From positions 56 to 53,867 of the forward strand of contig CAYJMJ010000002.1 in the NCBI GenBank assembly GCA_964371095.1: 53,812 nucleotides of DNA. The letters run 5' to 3'. Under the pieces are notes generated by a model that worked only from the letters and a program-made list of their open reading frames with translations, made no database searches and was not told where the DNA came from. Of the stretch, positions 29,256 to 39,706 are shown in pieces. Position numbers and translations under genes: made by a program. Origin of the DNA: an uncultured Dehalococcoidia bacterium. GTDB taxonomy: Bacteria > Chloroflexota > Dehalococcoidia > DSTF01 > JACRBR01. Each line of letters opens with the position of its first letter. Position 1 is the stretch's first letter.

Positions 29256-31445
29256 ATGGCACCCCGCCGTCCTTCGTTCGTGTTCGATACCTGGCCGCGC
29301 CGCGCCGCGCGGCACCCGTGGCGCGTGGTCGGGGGCACGGTCGCCCTCCTCCTCGCCGTCATCATCGCCTCCACCGCGTTCGGCGGGACCTACCAGGACG
29401 CCTTCAGCATTCACGGCACGCAGTCGCAGGCGGCCGTCGACCTCCTGAACGAGCGCTTTCCCCAGGCGGCCGGCGATGCGACGACGATCGTCGTTCGCGC
29501 CCCCGCCGGCCTGAACGATGCGGCGACGCGCGCGCGCGTCGAGGCGCTCATCGCCGACCTCAGGGCGCTGCCGGATGTGCGCGACGTTGCGTCGCCCTAC
29601 GACTCGCCCAACGCCATGTCGCAGGACGGGACGATCGCCCGCATCACCGTGCAGCACACGATGAACGCGCGCGATCTGCCAACCTCGAGCATCGACGCGC
29701 TGACGAAGCTCCGCGCGAAGGCCAGCTCGCCGCCCGACTTCCAGATCGAGGCGGGTGGCCCGGCCATTCACCGCATGGAGCACAGCGCCGGCTTTGGTGC
29801 GACGGAGATGATCGGCATTGGCGCGGCGGTCGTCGTGCTGATGCTCGCGTTCGGCTCGGTCGTCGCGATGGGCCTGCCGATCGTGGCAGCGCTGCTGGCG
29901 CTCGGCATGGGATTGATGTTGATCGCCCTGGGCGCGCGCTTCGTCGCGTTGCCGTCGTTCACGTCCGAATTCGGAGCGATGATCGGGCTGGGCGTTGGGA
30001 TCGATTATTCCCTGCTGATCGTGACGCGCTTCCGGGAGGGTCTCGCGAAGAAGCTCAGCATCGAGGACGCAATCGCGCAGGCGGCGGCGACGGCGGGCCG
30101 TTCGGTGCTGTTCGCCGGCGCGACCGTCGTGATCGCGATGCTCGGGCTGTGGGCCGTGGGCATCCGGTTTGTCGCGGACCTGGGTACCGCCGCCGCGGTG
30201 GTGGTCGCACTCTCCGTTGCGGTGGCGCTCTTCGTCATGCCGGCCATCCTGGCGCTGGTCGGCCATCGCATTGACCGCTGGCGCGTGCCTGGCCTTCCCA
30301 CCGTGTCTCACGAGAGCGAAAGTGGTATGGGCTACCGGCTGAGCCGGATCATCCAGCGCGCGCCCGTGCCGGCGCTGGTCGTGTCCCTCGGCGTGCTCTT
30401 GCTGCTCGCCGTCCCCCTCTTCAGCATCCAGGTGGGCTCGTCCGATGCCGGCAACAATCCGGAGACGTTCACCTCGCGCCGCTCGTATGACCTGCTGTCA
30501 CTGGCCTTCGGTCCGGGCTTCAACGGCCCGATACTCATCGCCGTGCGCGTCGATGACCCGAAAGGCGTTGCCGCGGTGGAGGCCCTCCCTGACAGGCTGT
30601 CGCAGATCCCCGGCATCGTGCGCGTGACGCCGCCGCGCTTCAATGCCGACAACACAGCCGCGACGCTGACCGTGATCCCAGCGACCGCGCCCCAGGATCA
30701 GGCCACGGCCGATTTGGTCCACCGCCTGCGCGGCGACCTCACCAGCGACACGAGGGGCAGCGGCGCGACGGCGTTCGTCGGCGGCACCACCGCCTCGTTC
30801 ATCGACATCGGCGACAAGATCCTCTCACGGCTGCCCTGGCTGTTCGCCTCGGTAATTGGCTTGAGCTTCCTGCTCCTCATGATGGTGTTCCGGTCCGTGC
30901 TCGTGCCGCTCAAGGCGGCGCTGATGAACCTCCTCGCGATCGGCTCCGCGTACGGCGTCCTCGTCGCCGTGTTCCAGTGGGGCTGGGGCGCCGGTCTCAT
31001 CGGCGTCTCGCGCACCGGACCGATCGAGTCCTTCCTGCCCATGTTCCTGTTCGCGATCCTCTTCGGGCTGTCAATGGACTACGAGGTGTTCCTCGTCAGC
31101 CGCATCCGCGAGGAGTACCTGCGCACGCGCGACGCCTCGCTGTCGGTCGCGCGCGGCCTCTCGGTCACGACGCGGCTGATCACGGCGGCGGCGGCGATCA
31201 TGGTGGCGGTCTTCCTCAGCTTCGCGCTCGGCGACCAGCGCGTGATCAAGGAGTTCGGCATCGGCCTCGCGACCGCGATCTTCCTCGATGCGACGCTCGT
31301 CCGCCTCATCCTGGTCCCGGCGTTGATGCAGGTCATGGGCGAGGCCAACTGGTGGTTCCCGAACTGGCTGGATCGCCTCGTGCCGCGCATCAGCATCGAG
31401 GCGCACCACGCCCTCGATCCCGTCCCCGTCCTCGCCGACGAGTAA
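29256..31445 (+). CDS. MMPL family (RND superfamily) transporter
   Basis: GLGVGIDYSL, TAGRSVLFAG.TV, FGPGFNGP, FGLSMDYEVFLVSRIREE, ITAAAAIM. Confidence 0.95.
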   Translation: MAPRRPSFVFDTWPRRAARHPWRVVGGTVALLLAVIIASTAFGGTYQDAFSIHGTQSQAAVDLLNERFPQAAGDATTIVVRAPAGLNDAATRARVEALIADLRALPDVRDVASPYDSPNAMSQDGTIARITVQHTMNARDLPTSSIDALTKLRAKASSPPDFQIEAGGPAIHRMEHSAGFGATEMIGIGAAVVVLMLAFGSVVAMGLPIVAALLALGMGLMLIALGARFVALPSFTSEFGAMIGLGVGIDYSLLIVTRFREGLAKKLSIEDAIAQAAATAGRSVLFAGATVVIAMLGLWAVGIRFVADLGTAAAVVVALSVAVALFVMPAILALVGHRIDRWRVPGLPTVSHESESGMGYRLSRIIQRAPVPALVVSLGVLLLLAVPLFSIQVGSSDAGNNPETFTSRRSYDLLSLAFGPGFNGPILIAVRVDDPKGVAAVEALPDRLSQIPGIVRVTPPRFNADNTAATLTVIPATAPQDQATADLVHRLRGDLTSDTRGSGATAFVGGTTASFIDIGDKILSRLPWLFASVIGLSFLLLMMVFRSVLVPLKAALMNLLAIGSAYGVLVAVFQWGWGAGLIGVSRTGPIESFLPMFLFAILFGLSMDYEVFLVSRIREEYLRTRDASLSVARGLSVTTRLITAAAAIMVAVFLSFALGDQRVIKEFGIGLATAIFLDATLVRLILVPALMQVMGEANWWFPNWLDRLVPRISIEAHHALDPVPVLADE

Positions 31446-31699
31446 CGGCGCGCTGAGGATGTCCGCTCGATGCGTGGCGCGGGCGTTCAGCGCGCGTTGT
31501 GCCATTTCAAGGCACGCCTCGGTCGGCTGGCGACCGGGCCGGGGGAGGTTCGCACCACGCAGCTCATGCCGCGCTGGTGTGTGCGCGCCGGTCCGTGGGT
31601 GCGTGCACCCGCCTTTCTCATCGTCGCGCCCCGCTCAGCACCTGAGTCAACGTGTCGGAACGGCCGAAACTACTTCGGGAACACCTCCCGGAGAAACAC

Positions 31700-33295
31700 G
31701 TGGCGAAGCTTGCCCAGGCCGCACGAATTCCATCGACGCGTTGGCGCTGCGACGTGGCAGCATTGATCCGCCTCCGTCCGTACGTGCGTTCGGCGGCCGC
31801 CCCCGTCGTCCTCCTCGCCATCGCGCTCCTGGTACGGATGTTGAACTACGCGCCGCACGGTTGGGCGCCCGACACGTACGAGCAGCTGCGGGCATCCCAT
31901 CGCCTGCTCGCCGGCGACTTCCCGCTCTCCCGCATCTACCCGCCCGGTGTCGCCGTCACGATGGCGCCGGCGTTCCTATTCCTGCCGCAGTCGATCGGGA
32001 CCATGCATTTCGTCAACACGATCGCCGCGGTGGCGCTGGCGGGCGTCCTCTACTTCCGCCTCGCCGCGGCCACGGGCGACCGGCCCGCCGCCACGCTGGT
32101 GGCCCTGGCGACTGCTGCGGCGCCCCAATTCGTGATCTCATCACGCTCCGGCCTGTTCGATACCGTCGGCACGGCGTGGATCGTCGGCGCCATCCTGTGC
32201 GTGCCGTTGCTCCGAGGACGCGGCCTGGCAGTCTTCGCGTTGTACGGTGCGGCCCTCTGCGTCGCGATCAACGTCCGTGCGACGAACGCGGCGTTTCTCC
32301 CGGCCGCCCTTCTGTACTGGTGCGGCGAGACCGGCGTCCCCGCCCGCCCGGCTTCGATGGTCCGTGCCGTGCTCTCGCCCGCCCTGATTGCCGCGGTCGC
32401 CGTCATGATCGGCCTCACGGTGCTGCTGGCGTTCATCGGCGGCTGGGTCGGCCAGGTGGCGACGGGCGCGCCGATCGGCTTCGACACGTTCGGCCAGCAT
32501 GTGGCCGTCTATACGGTCGTCGAGTTCGGCGGCATGCCGGCCGCGCTCGCGATCCTGCCGCTCGCGATCGCCGGCGGGTTCAGCCTGTGGCGCCGCAACC
32601 GACCGCTCCTGCTTGCCGCGGCGTACATGCTCGCCGTTTGGCCCGTCGTGCACTCGCCGCTGCCGTTCAGCAATCCGCGATACATGCTGCCCGCCCTCGT
32701 GTTCGCGCTCCTGCTCGCGGTGCATGGAGCAACTGCGGCGTTCCGCTCAGCGCGCACGATGCGCCCTTCGCCGGCGCGCGCCCTCCGTGTCGCGGCCGTC
32801 GGATCGACCGTCGTCGTGGGCCTGTACTACGCCAGCGCCACTATCGCCGTGATCCACGACTGGCCGCGCGCCGCTCGGATATCCGACGAGGGCGCGTTCG
32901 CCGAGGTCCGCCCGTTCGTCGCCGCGTTGCCGCCCGGGAGTCTGCTCGTCAGCCCGGCGACGCGCGGCGTCAGCGGCAGCAACCGCGACGTCGAGTACTT
33001 CGACCTCATCGACTACTCGCTGAGCCGCGGCAACGGTCCCGGCAGCGTGGACGGCGTGCTGTCCGCGCTGCGTCAGGCGCTCGACGAGGGCCGCCCTGTG
33101 TTCTACCTGCACAGCCGCGTGGAAGCGACCGGCGACTCGTTCGCTTCCGGCGGCCCCGGCTACGAGGTGTATTTCGCGGGCATCGCGCGGCGGTTCACCG
33201 TGCGCGCGCAATACGAGGCCTCCGTCGAGCACTACACGCTGTACGAGGTGAGCGCCTTCACGCTGGCCGCGCCCGCACCGGTTCGCACCCCGTAG
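31700..33295 (+). CDS. Polytopic membrane protein, GT-C-like glycosyltransferase (paralog 1)
   Basis: GGAG RBS and GTG start giving MAKLA as in its neighbour; TM1 then WAPDTYEQL, YPPG, RYMLP. Confidence 0.65.
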   Translation: MAKLAQAARIPSTRWRCDVAALIRLRPYVRSAAAPVVLLAIALLVRMLNYAPHGWAPDTYEQLRASHRLLAGDFPLSRIYPPGVAVTMAPAFLFLPQSIGTMHFVNTIAAVALAGVLYFRLAAATGDRPAATLVALATAAAPQFVISSRSGLFDTVGTAWIVGAILCVPLLRGRGLAVFALYGAALCVAINVRATNAAFLPAALLYWCGETGVPARPASMVRAVLSPALIAAVAVMIGLTVLLAFIGGWVGQVATGAPIGFDTFGQHVAVYTVVEFGGMPAALAILPLAIAGGFSLWRRNRPLLLAAAYMLAVWPVVHSPLPFSNPRYMLPALVFALLLAVHGATAAFRSARTMRPSPARALRVAAVGSTVVVGLYYASATIAVIHDWPRAARISDEGAFAEVRPFVAALPPGSLLVSPATRGVSGSNRDVEYFDLIDYSLSRGNGPGSVDGVLSALRQALDEGRPVFYLHSRVEATGDSFASGGPGYEVYFAGIARRFTVRAQYEASVEHYTLYEVSAFTLAAPAPVRTP

Positions 33296-33413
33296 GCGGC
33301 GGCAGCGGCCCATTCGTCCGGCCACCTTGATGCGGGTTGAGGGCTGCAGGGCGCACGCCGGAGGCCGAAAACCGTAGTAAGAGATCGTCAGTCATCGATA
33401 GGGAAGCGGACTC

Positions 33414-34973
33414 ATGGCGAAGCTGGCAATGACGCGCCCGGCAGCCGACGCGCCGGTCATCGGCGCATCGGTCACGGCACGTGCGTGGCTGCTGGCGCGC
33501 GCCGCCGCCGTGCCGGGCGCCATCCTGCTGCTGGCGCTGCTATTGCGCGTCTATCGCCTGGAACTGCTGGCATGGACGCCGGACACCTACGAGCAGCTCA
33601 CAGCGGGCCGGCGGCTCGCCGAGGGCCAGGTTCCGATCTCCGGATTCTACCCGCCCGGCATCGCGTTCACGCTGGCGCCGGCGTTCCTGTTCTTTCCTCA
33701 AACGCTCGCGACGCAGCAGGGCGTCATCATCGCCTCGGCGCTGGTACTCGTCGCGATGGTGTACTTCGCGGTTCGCCGCGCGACGAACGATCGTGCTGCG
33801 CCGGTACTGCTCGCCCTGGGCGTCGCCGCCGTCCCGCAGATGGTCCACTTCTCGCGCGACGGCTTCTTCGATGTCACGAACGCCGCGTGGATCGTCTCGG
33901 CGATTCTCGTCGTGCCGTGGCTGCGTGGCCGCTCGGTCGGCGTGTTCGCCATCTACGGATGTCTGCTCGCCGTTGCGATCAGCGTCCGCGCGACGAATCC
34001 GGCGTTCCTGCCGGCACTCGCGATCTACTGGACCGACGCCGGCCGCGCGCGCGGCGGCCGAAGCGCGATCACGGCGCTCTGGTGCCGGCCCGTCGCCGTC
34101 GCCGCCGCGGCGATGCTCGCATCGTACGCGCTGCTGGCGTACGTGGGCGGCTCGCTCGGGCAGGCCGCGTCGCACGCCCCGATCACGTTCGAACACGCCG
34201 GTAGGAACATCGCGCGCTACGCGGTCGCGGAATTCGGTGGCGTGCTGTGCGCTCCCCTGATGCTGATACTGGCGGCGCTCGGCAGCGTCTACCTCTGGAG
34301 CCGCGCGCGCACGCTGCTGTTTGTCAGCGTCTACATGCTGACGATCTTCCCGCTGGCGCACGTGCCGCTGCCCTTCGCGAATAGCCGTTACATGCTGCCA
34401 TCGCTTGTCTTCGCGCTGCTGCTCGCGGCGCATGCGCCGGCCGCGGTGATCAGCTTGACGGCGCGCCAGCCCGCGCTCGTCCGCAACGCGTGGCGCGGCC
34501 TGGCCGCGGCCGCGGTACTGGTGCTCGGCGCCTATTACGTGGCGGTCGACGGCGTGATGATCGCGGACTGGCCGCACAAGGCCGCCCGATCCGATGAGGC
34601 GGGCTACCGCCAGCTACGTCCGTCGATTGCCGCGCTGCCGTCGGACACCTTGCTCGTCAGCGGCGGGACTCGGGGCGTTCGTGACAGCAACGACCGCATC
34701 GAGTATCTGGATCTCATCGATTATTCGCTCACCACCGACAACGGCCCCCGGCGCGTCGATGAGATCATGCAACGGGTCCAGCGCGCGCTCGACGGCGGCC
34801 GACCGGTCTACTACCTGTACACCAGCGTCGAGGGGATCGACATCACGTTCGCGCAATGGGGTCCCGGCTACCAGCCGTATTTCGATGCCGCGTCGCAGCG
34901 TTTCCACCTGACGGCCGTGCGCGAGACGTCGGTGAAGTTCTTCACGTTGTACAGGGTCGAGGCAGCGCGCTGA
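33414..34973 (+). CDS. Polytopic membrane protein, GT-C-like glycosyltransferase (paralog 2)
   Basis: MAKLA start; WTPDTYEQL, YPPG, VRATN, RYMLP, DLIDYSL; colinear with paralog 1. Confidence 0.65.
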   Translation: MAKLAMTRPAADAPVIGASVTARAWLLARAAAVPGAILLLALLLRVYRLELLAWTPDTYEQLTAGRRLAEGQVPISGFYPPGIAFTLAPAFLFFPQTLATQQGVIIASALVLVAMVYFAVRRATNDRAAPVLLALGVAAVPQMVHFSRDGFFDVTNAAWIVSAILVVPWLRGRSVGVFAIYGCLLAVAISVRATNPAFLPALAIYWTDAGRARGGRSAITALWCRPVAVAAAAMLASYALLAYVGGSLGQAASHAPITFEHAGRNIARYAVAEFGGVLCAPLMLILAALGSVYLWSRARTLLFVSVYMLTIFPLAHVPLPFANSRYMLPSLVFALLLAAHAPAAVISLTARQPALVRNAWRGLAAAAVLVLGAYYVAVDGVMIADWPHKAARSDEAGYRQLRPSIAALPSDTLLVSGGTRGVRDSNDRIEYLDLIDYSLTTDNGPRRVDEIMQRVQRALDGGRPVYYLYTSVEGIDITFAQWGPGYQPYFDAASQRFHLTAVRETSVKFFTLYRVEAAR

Positions 34974-34992
34974 CAGACAATCGGCTCACCGG

Positions 34993-35017
34993 GAATCGCA
35001 GCCGCGGGCTGTGATTC
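34993..35017. terminator. Hairpin between convergent genes
   Basis: GAATCGCAGCC-GCG-GGCTGTGATTC between the stops at 34973 and 35024. Confidence 0.45.
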
Positions 35018-35023
35018 GGGGAC

Positions 35024-35689
35024 TCACACCTGCACGGGCTCGCGCCTGGTGAACGTGAAGAGCTGCGCGGGCCGGTGCGCGCCTTCCATGCGGGTGACGC
35101 CGGCCGCCTTGATGATGCCGAGCGACAGCATCCGCCGCCGGAAGTTGCGCTTGTCCATCTCCCGATCGAGTATCGCCTCGTACACTTGCTGCAGCTCGCT
35201 GAGCGTGAACTGGCGCGGCAGCAGGCTGTAGGCGACGTTCGTGTACTCCAGCTTGGATCGCAGCCGCCGGATCGCATAGTCGACGACGAGGTGGTTGTCG
35301 AACGCCAGCGCCGGCAGCTTGTAGGCGTCGTACCACGCCGGCTGCCACTCCGTCCGCTCCCGCAGCCGCACCTGTCCGTGTTGCACGAGCGCGAAGTACG
35401 TGACGGCGACGCCGCGTTGCGCATCCGCCCCGCGCGATAGCTCCCCGAACGTGTACAGCTGCTCCAGGTACACGTCTTGCACGCCCGTCTCGTCGAGCAG
35501 CTTGCGCGCCGCCGCCCGGTCGAGCGCCTCGCCCTTGGCGAGGAGGCCGCCGGGGAGCGCCCAGTAATCGCGGAACGGTTCGAGGCTGCGATGAATGAGC
35601 AGCACCTTCAGGTCGTCGTCCGTCACCGTGAGGATGACGACGACGACCGCGACGAGCGGCGATTCGGCTGATGGTCGGGTTGTCGGCAC
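35024..35689 (-). CDS. nrtR: NrtR-type regulator (NUDIX plus winged HTH)
   Basis: WALPGG...E.L..AA.R.L..ETG, YLEQLYTFG, LAFD, FTLSELQQVYEAIL, DKRNFRR, HRPAQLF. Confidence 0.88.
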   Translation of the reverse strand: MPTTRPSAESPLVAVVVVILTVTDDDLKVLLIHRSLEPFRDYWALPGGLLAKGEALDRAAARKLLDETGVQDVYLEQLYTFGELSRGADAQRGVAVTYFALVQHGQVRLRERTEWQPAWYDAYKLPALAFDNHLVVDYAIRRLRSKLEYTNVAYSLLPRQFTLSELQQVYEAILDREMDKRNFRRRMLSLGIIKAAGVTRMEGAHRPAQLFTFTRREPVQV

Positions 35690-35693
35690 GGAA

Positions 35694-35816
35694 CTAGCGC
35701 TGATCCTTGCGGCGTTCCTCGAAGTACCCTTCGGCCAGGTTCCAGATCAGACCGACGAGCGCGAACGCGCCGATGCCGGCCAGTAGCGGCAATGCAAGAC
35801 TCCCGAACGAAACCAT
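35694..35816 (-). CDS. 40-aa single-pass membrane protein missing from the ORF track
   Basis: ATG 35816 to TAG 35694 translates to MVSFGSLALPLLAGIGAFALVGLIWNLAEGYFEERRKDQR; fills the miaB-nrtR gap with 1-nt and 4-nt spacers. Confidence 0.7.
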   Translation of the reverse strand: MVSFGSLALPLLAGIGAFALVGLIWNLAEGYFEERRKDQR

Positions 35817-35817
35817 G

Positions 35818-37098
<1,281 letters not shown>

Positions 37099-37117
37099 CG
37101 ATTCGTGCCGGTGGCGC

Positions 37118-37690
37118 TCACGCTTGTGCCTCGAGCAGCGCCCGGCGGCGGGCGATCATCGGAGCCGCCGAGCCCGCGCCGATAATCGCAGAGACCACGA
37201 TGACGATGCCTGCCTCGGCGTCGCCGGGCTTCGTGGTCATGTTCCAGATGATGCTGAGCATTCCGATCGTGATAGCGTGCGTCACGGCGAACAACACGGG
37301 GTCGACGAGTTTCACCGCCAGCGCGGGCGGAATGGGTCCGTCCGGGGCGTCCTCCGCCGCGATGTGGATCTCGTTCATCTTCAGCGTGTTGATCTTGAGC
37401 GCCGCCACCGCCATGAGCACGAGTGCGATCGCGGACACGTTGACCCAGCCGTCGCCCCACGAGGCGCCATACTCCTCCACCAGGTAGCCGCCGGAGATCA
37501 GCAAGACGAGCGTCGCGAACGGAAAGGCGTGCTCGGCCAGCCCGCCGAGCGTGGAAAACGTGCGGATGTCCTGCACGGTCTTCGCGCGGCGCATCATCGA
37601 GAGCACCAGGATGAATGTGGTCGATGTGCCCGCGGCGGCGAAGACGGCGGCGAGGTGTATGAACGTCCCGATCTGCAATCCGTCCGGCAT
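37118..37690 (-). CDS. Integral membrane protein (DUF2269-like)
   Basis: About 5 TMs; FIHL in TM1, LLISGGYL....W...W, NMTTKP. Confidence 0.6.
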   Translation of the reverse strand: MPDGLQIGTFIHLAAVFAAAGTSTTFILVLSMMRRAKTVQDIRTFSTLGGLAEHAFPFATLVLLISGGYLVEEYGASWGDGWVNVSAIALVLMAVAALKINTLKMNEIHIAAEDAPDGPIPPALAVKLVDPVLFAVTHAITIGMLSIIWNMTTKPGDAEAGIVIVVSAIIGAGSAAPMIARRRALLEAQA

Positions 37691-37749
37691 GGCCCCTCCG
37701 TTCTCCTGTTGAGTGTAGTGTGATGGTTGGTGAACGGAAAAGGAACGTG

Positions 37750-38853
37750 CTACCTCCCGAATCGCCCGGGCGAGAACGCGCCGGGCACGCCGCTCCAGTC
37801 ACCCCGAGCCACTCCCGCCGCCACGACCCTGCCGGTCAGCGGGCCGAGGAGGATGCCGTTCCGAAAGTGGCCGGTCGCGGCGGCCATGTTCTCCCACCCC
37901 GGCACGGGACCGATGATCGGCAGCGCATCGGGCGTGCCCGGGCGGAGGCCGGCCCAGGCGAACTGCAGCGTCGCCGAGCCGAGCTGCGGCACGAGGGCGC
38001 GCGCCATCGCACGCATGCGGCTCAGACCCGCCTTCGTCGTTCTGCGCCGGAAACCGACGTTCTCGACGGTGGCGCCGGCGAACACGAGCCCGTTGGCCCG
38101 CGGGACGAGGTAGCCGTCCGGCCCCCAGACGATGTGGCGAATCGGCGCCGACATGCCGCCGAGCGCAACCATCTGCCCGCGCACCGGGTGCACCAGAACG
38201 TGCGCCCCCAGCTTCGCGGCGATCCGGCCGGACCTCGCCCCGGCCGCGAGCACGACGTAATCGCAGGTGAACACGGCGCGCCCCGATCGAACGGCCGTAA
38301 TCCGTCTCCCGCTGGTGACGAAGCCGGTCACCGGCGTCTGAGTGTGCAGCGTCGCGCCGTGTGTCGTGGCCGCACGCTCGATCGCGAGCGAGAGCATCTG
38401 GTTGTTCACGCCGCCCTCGCTCCCGGAGAACACGCCGGCGGCGATGCGGGCGCTGACCCGCGGCTCCAGCTCGCGGCAGCTCTCGCCGTCGAGCCAGTCG
38501 ATCGGGAAACCCAGTTCGCGCTGCCACGCAAACCGGCGGCGCAGCTCCTGCACGGCGTCTTCGTCGACCGCCACCTTGAGGATGCCGTGCGGCCGGAACT
38601 CCACGTCGACCCCGGTCGGCCGCAGATCCTCGACCACGCCCGGGTACTCGCGCAGCGCGCGGAGCCCGAACTCGAGCATCGGGCCGGGCCCGGACGACTC
38701 GATGAGCGGCGCGAGCATGCCGGCCGCCGCGTTCGTCGCCTGCATGCCCGTCTTGCCGTACTCCAGCACGTCCACGTGGGCGCCCGCCTTCGCCAACTCG
38801 TACGCGCACGCGCACCCCACGATGCCGCCGCCCACGACGACGACGTCGCTCAC
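37750..38853 (-). CDS. thiO: Glycine oxidase
   Basis: GGGIVG, ATNAAAGML, PVRGQ, WAGLRP, ATGHFRNGILL; GTGA overlap with thiS. Confidence 0.93.
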   Translation of the reverse strand: MSDVVVVGGGIVGCACAYELAKAGAHVDVLEYGKTGMQATNAAAGMLAPLIESSGPGPMLEFGLRALREYPGVVEDLRPTGVDVEFRPHGILKVAVDEDAVQELRRRFAWQRELGFPIDWLDGESCRELEPRVSARIAAGVFSGSEGGVNNQMLSLAIERAATTHGATLHTQTPVTGFVTSGRRITAVRSGRAVFTCDYVVLAAGARSGRIAAKLGAHVLVHPVRGQMVALGGMSAPIRHIVWGPDGYLVPRANGLVFAGATVENVGFRRRTTKAGLSRMRAMARALVPQLGSATLQFAWAGLRPGTPDALPIIGPVPGWENMAAATGHFRNGILLGPLTGRVVAAGVARGDWSGVPGAFSPGRFGR

Positions 38854-39062
38854 AGGGCGCCGCCGCCGACCATGCGCACGACCTCCAGCTCGTCTCCCTC
38901 GCGCACGCGTGCCGTGTCGTAGCCATCCTTCGGCACGACCTCGCCGTTGATCGCGATCGCCACCAGCCGCGGATCGATGCCGTGGGCTCGCAGGAACACG
39001 GGCAGCGGCGTCTCCCCATCGATCTCGCGCGGCTTGCCGTTGACCGTGATCCGCATCGTCAC
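38850..39062 (-). CDS. thiS: Sulfur carrier ThiS ending GGG-AL
   Basis: ITVNG, VAIAING, EGDELEVVRMVGGG; within the thi operon. Confidence 0.93.
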   Translation of the reverse strand: MTMRITVNGKPREIDGETPLPVFLRAHGIDPRLVAIAINGEVVPKDGYDTARVREGDELEVVRMVGGGAL

Positions 39063-39706
39063 GCCCTCGCCGCCACGCCGATCGCCGTGCGGAGCGCCGC
39101 CGCAGCCGCGCGCGGGTCCGTTGCGTCGAGCACGGCGCCGATGACGGCGATACCCGCCGCGCCCGCAAGCATTACCTCACCGGCATTGGCCGGCGTGATG
39201 CCGCCGATGGCGATGACCGGCACCGAGACGCGCTCGCAAGCATCGCGCACGCCCGCGATGCCGATCGTGACGGCGCCGGGCTTGGAGGACGTCTCGAACA
39301 CCGTGCCGAGCTGGACCAGGTCCGCCCCATCGCGCTCTGCGAGCAGCGCGGCATCGGTGCCGTGGACCGCACGTGAAACCAGCAGTCCGCGAGCAGCGGC
39401 ATCGCTTGCGCTCTTCGGCACGGTTCCTTCCGGCAGGTGCACGCCGTTCGCGCCGACGCGGACGGCCGCGGCTACGTCGCTGTTGATGAACAGGAGGGCA
39501 CGCCCCGCGATCGCGTCGCGTACTCGTGCGGCGAGCGCGACGAGATCGTCGTGCGGCATCGCTTTCCCGCGCAACTGCACGACGTTCACGCCGCCCGCGA
39601 CCGCCTCGCTCACGACGTCCGCCAGATCGCGGCCGCGCAGGCGTCCGCTGTCGGTCACGAGGACGAGCGCCGGGGCGGCAAGTCGGCCGTGTCGAGCGTT
39701 CGTCAC
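39059..39706 (-). CDS. thiE: Thiamine-phosphate synthase
   Basis: [31 protein letters not shown]. Confidence 0.9.
   Translation of the reverse strand: MTNARHGRLAAPALVLVTDSGRLRGRDLADVVSEAVAGGVNVVQLRGKAMPHDDLVALAARVRDAIAGRALLFINSDVAAAVRVGANGVHLPEGTVPKSASDAAARGLLVSRAVHGTDAALLAERDGADLVQLGTVFETSSKPGAVTIGIAGVRDACERVSVPVIAIGGITPANAGEVMLAGAAGIAVIGAVLDATDPRAAAAALRTAIGVAARA

Noticed and set aside
31640-33380. Shared GGCCGAAA upstream of both GT-C paralogs as a sigma28/WhiG-type -10 element
   Set aside because: No matching -35 element at consistent spacing, and the motif is short and GC-rich.
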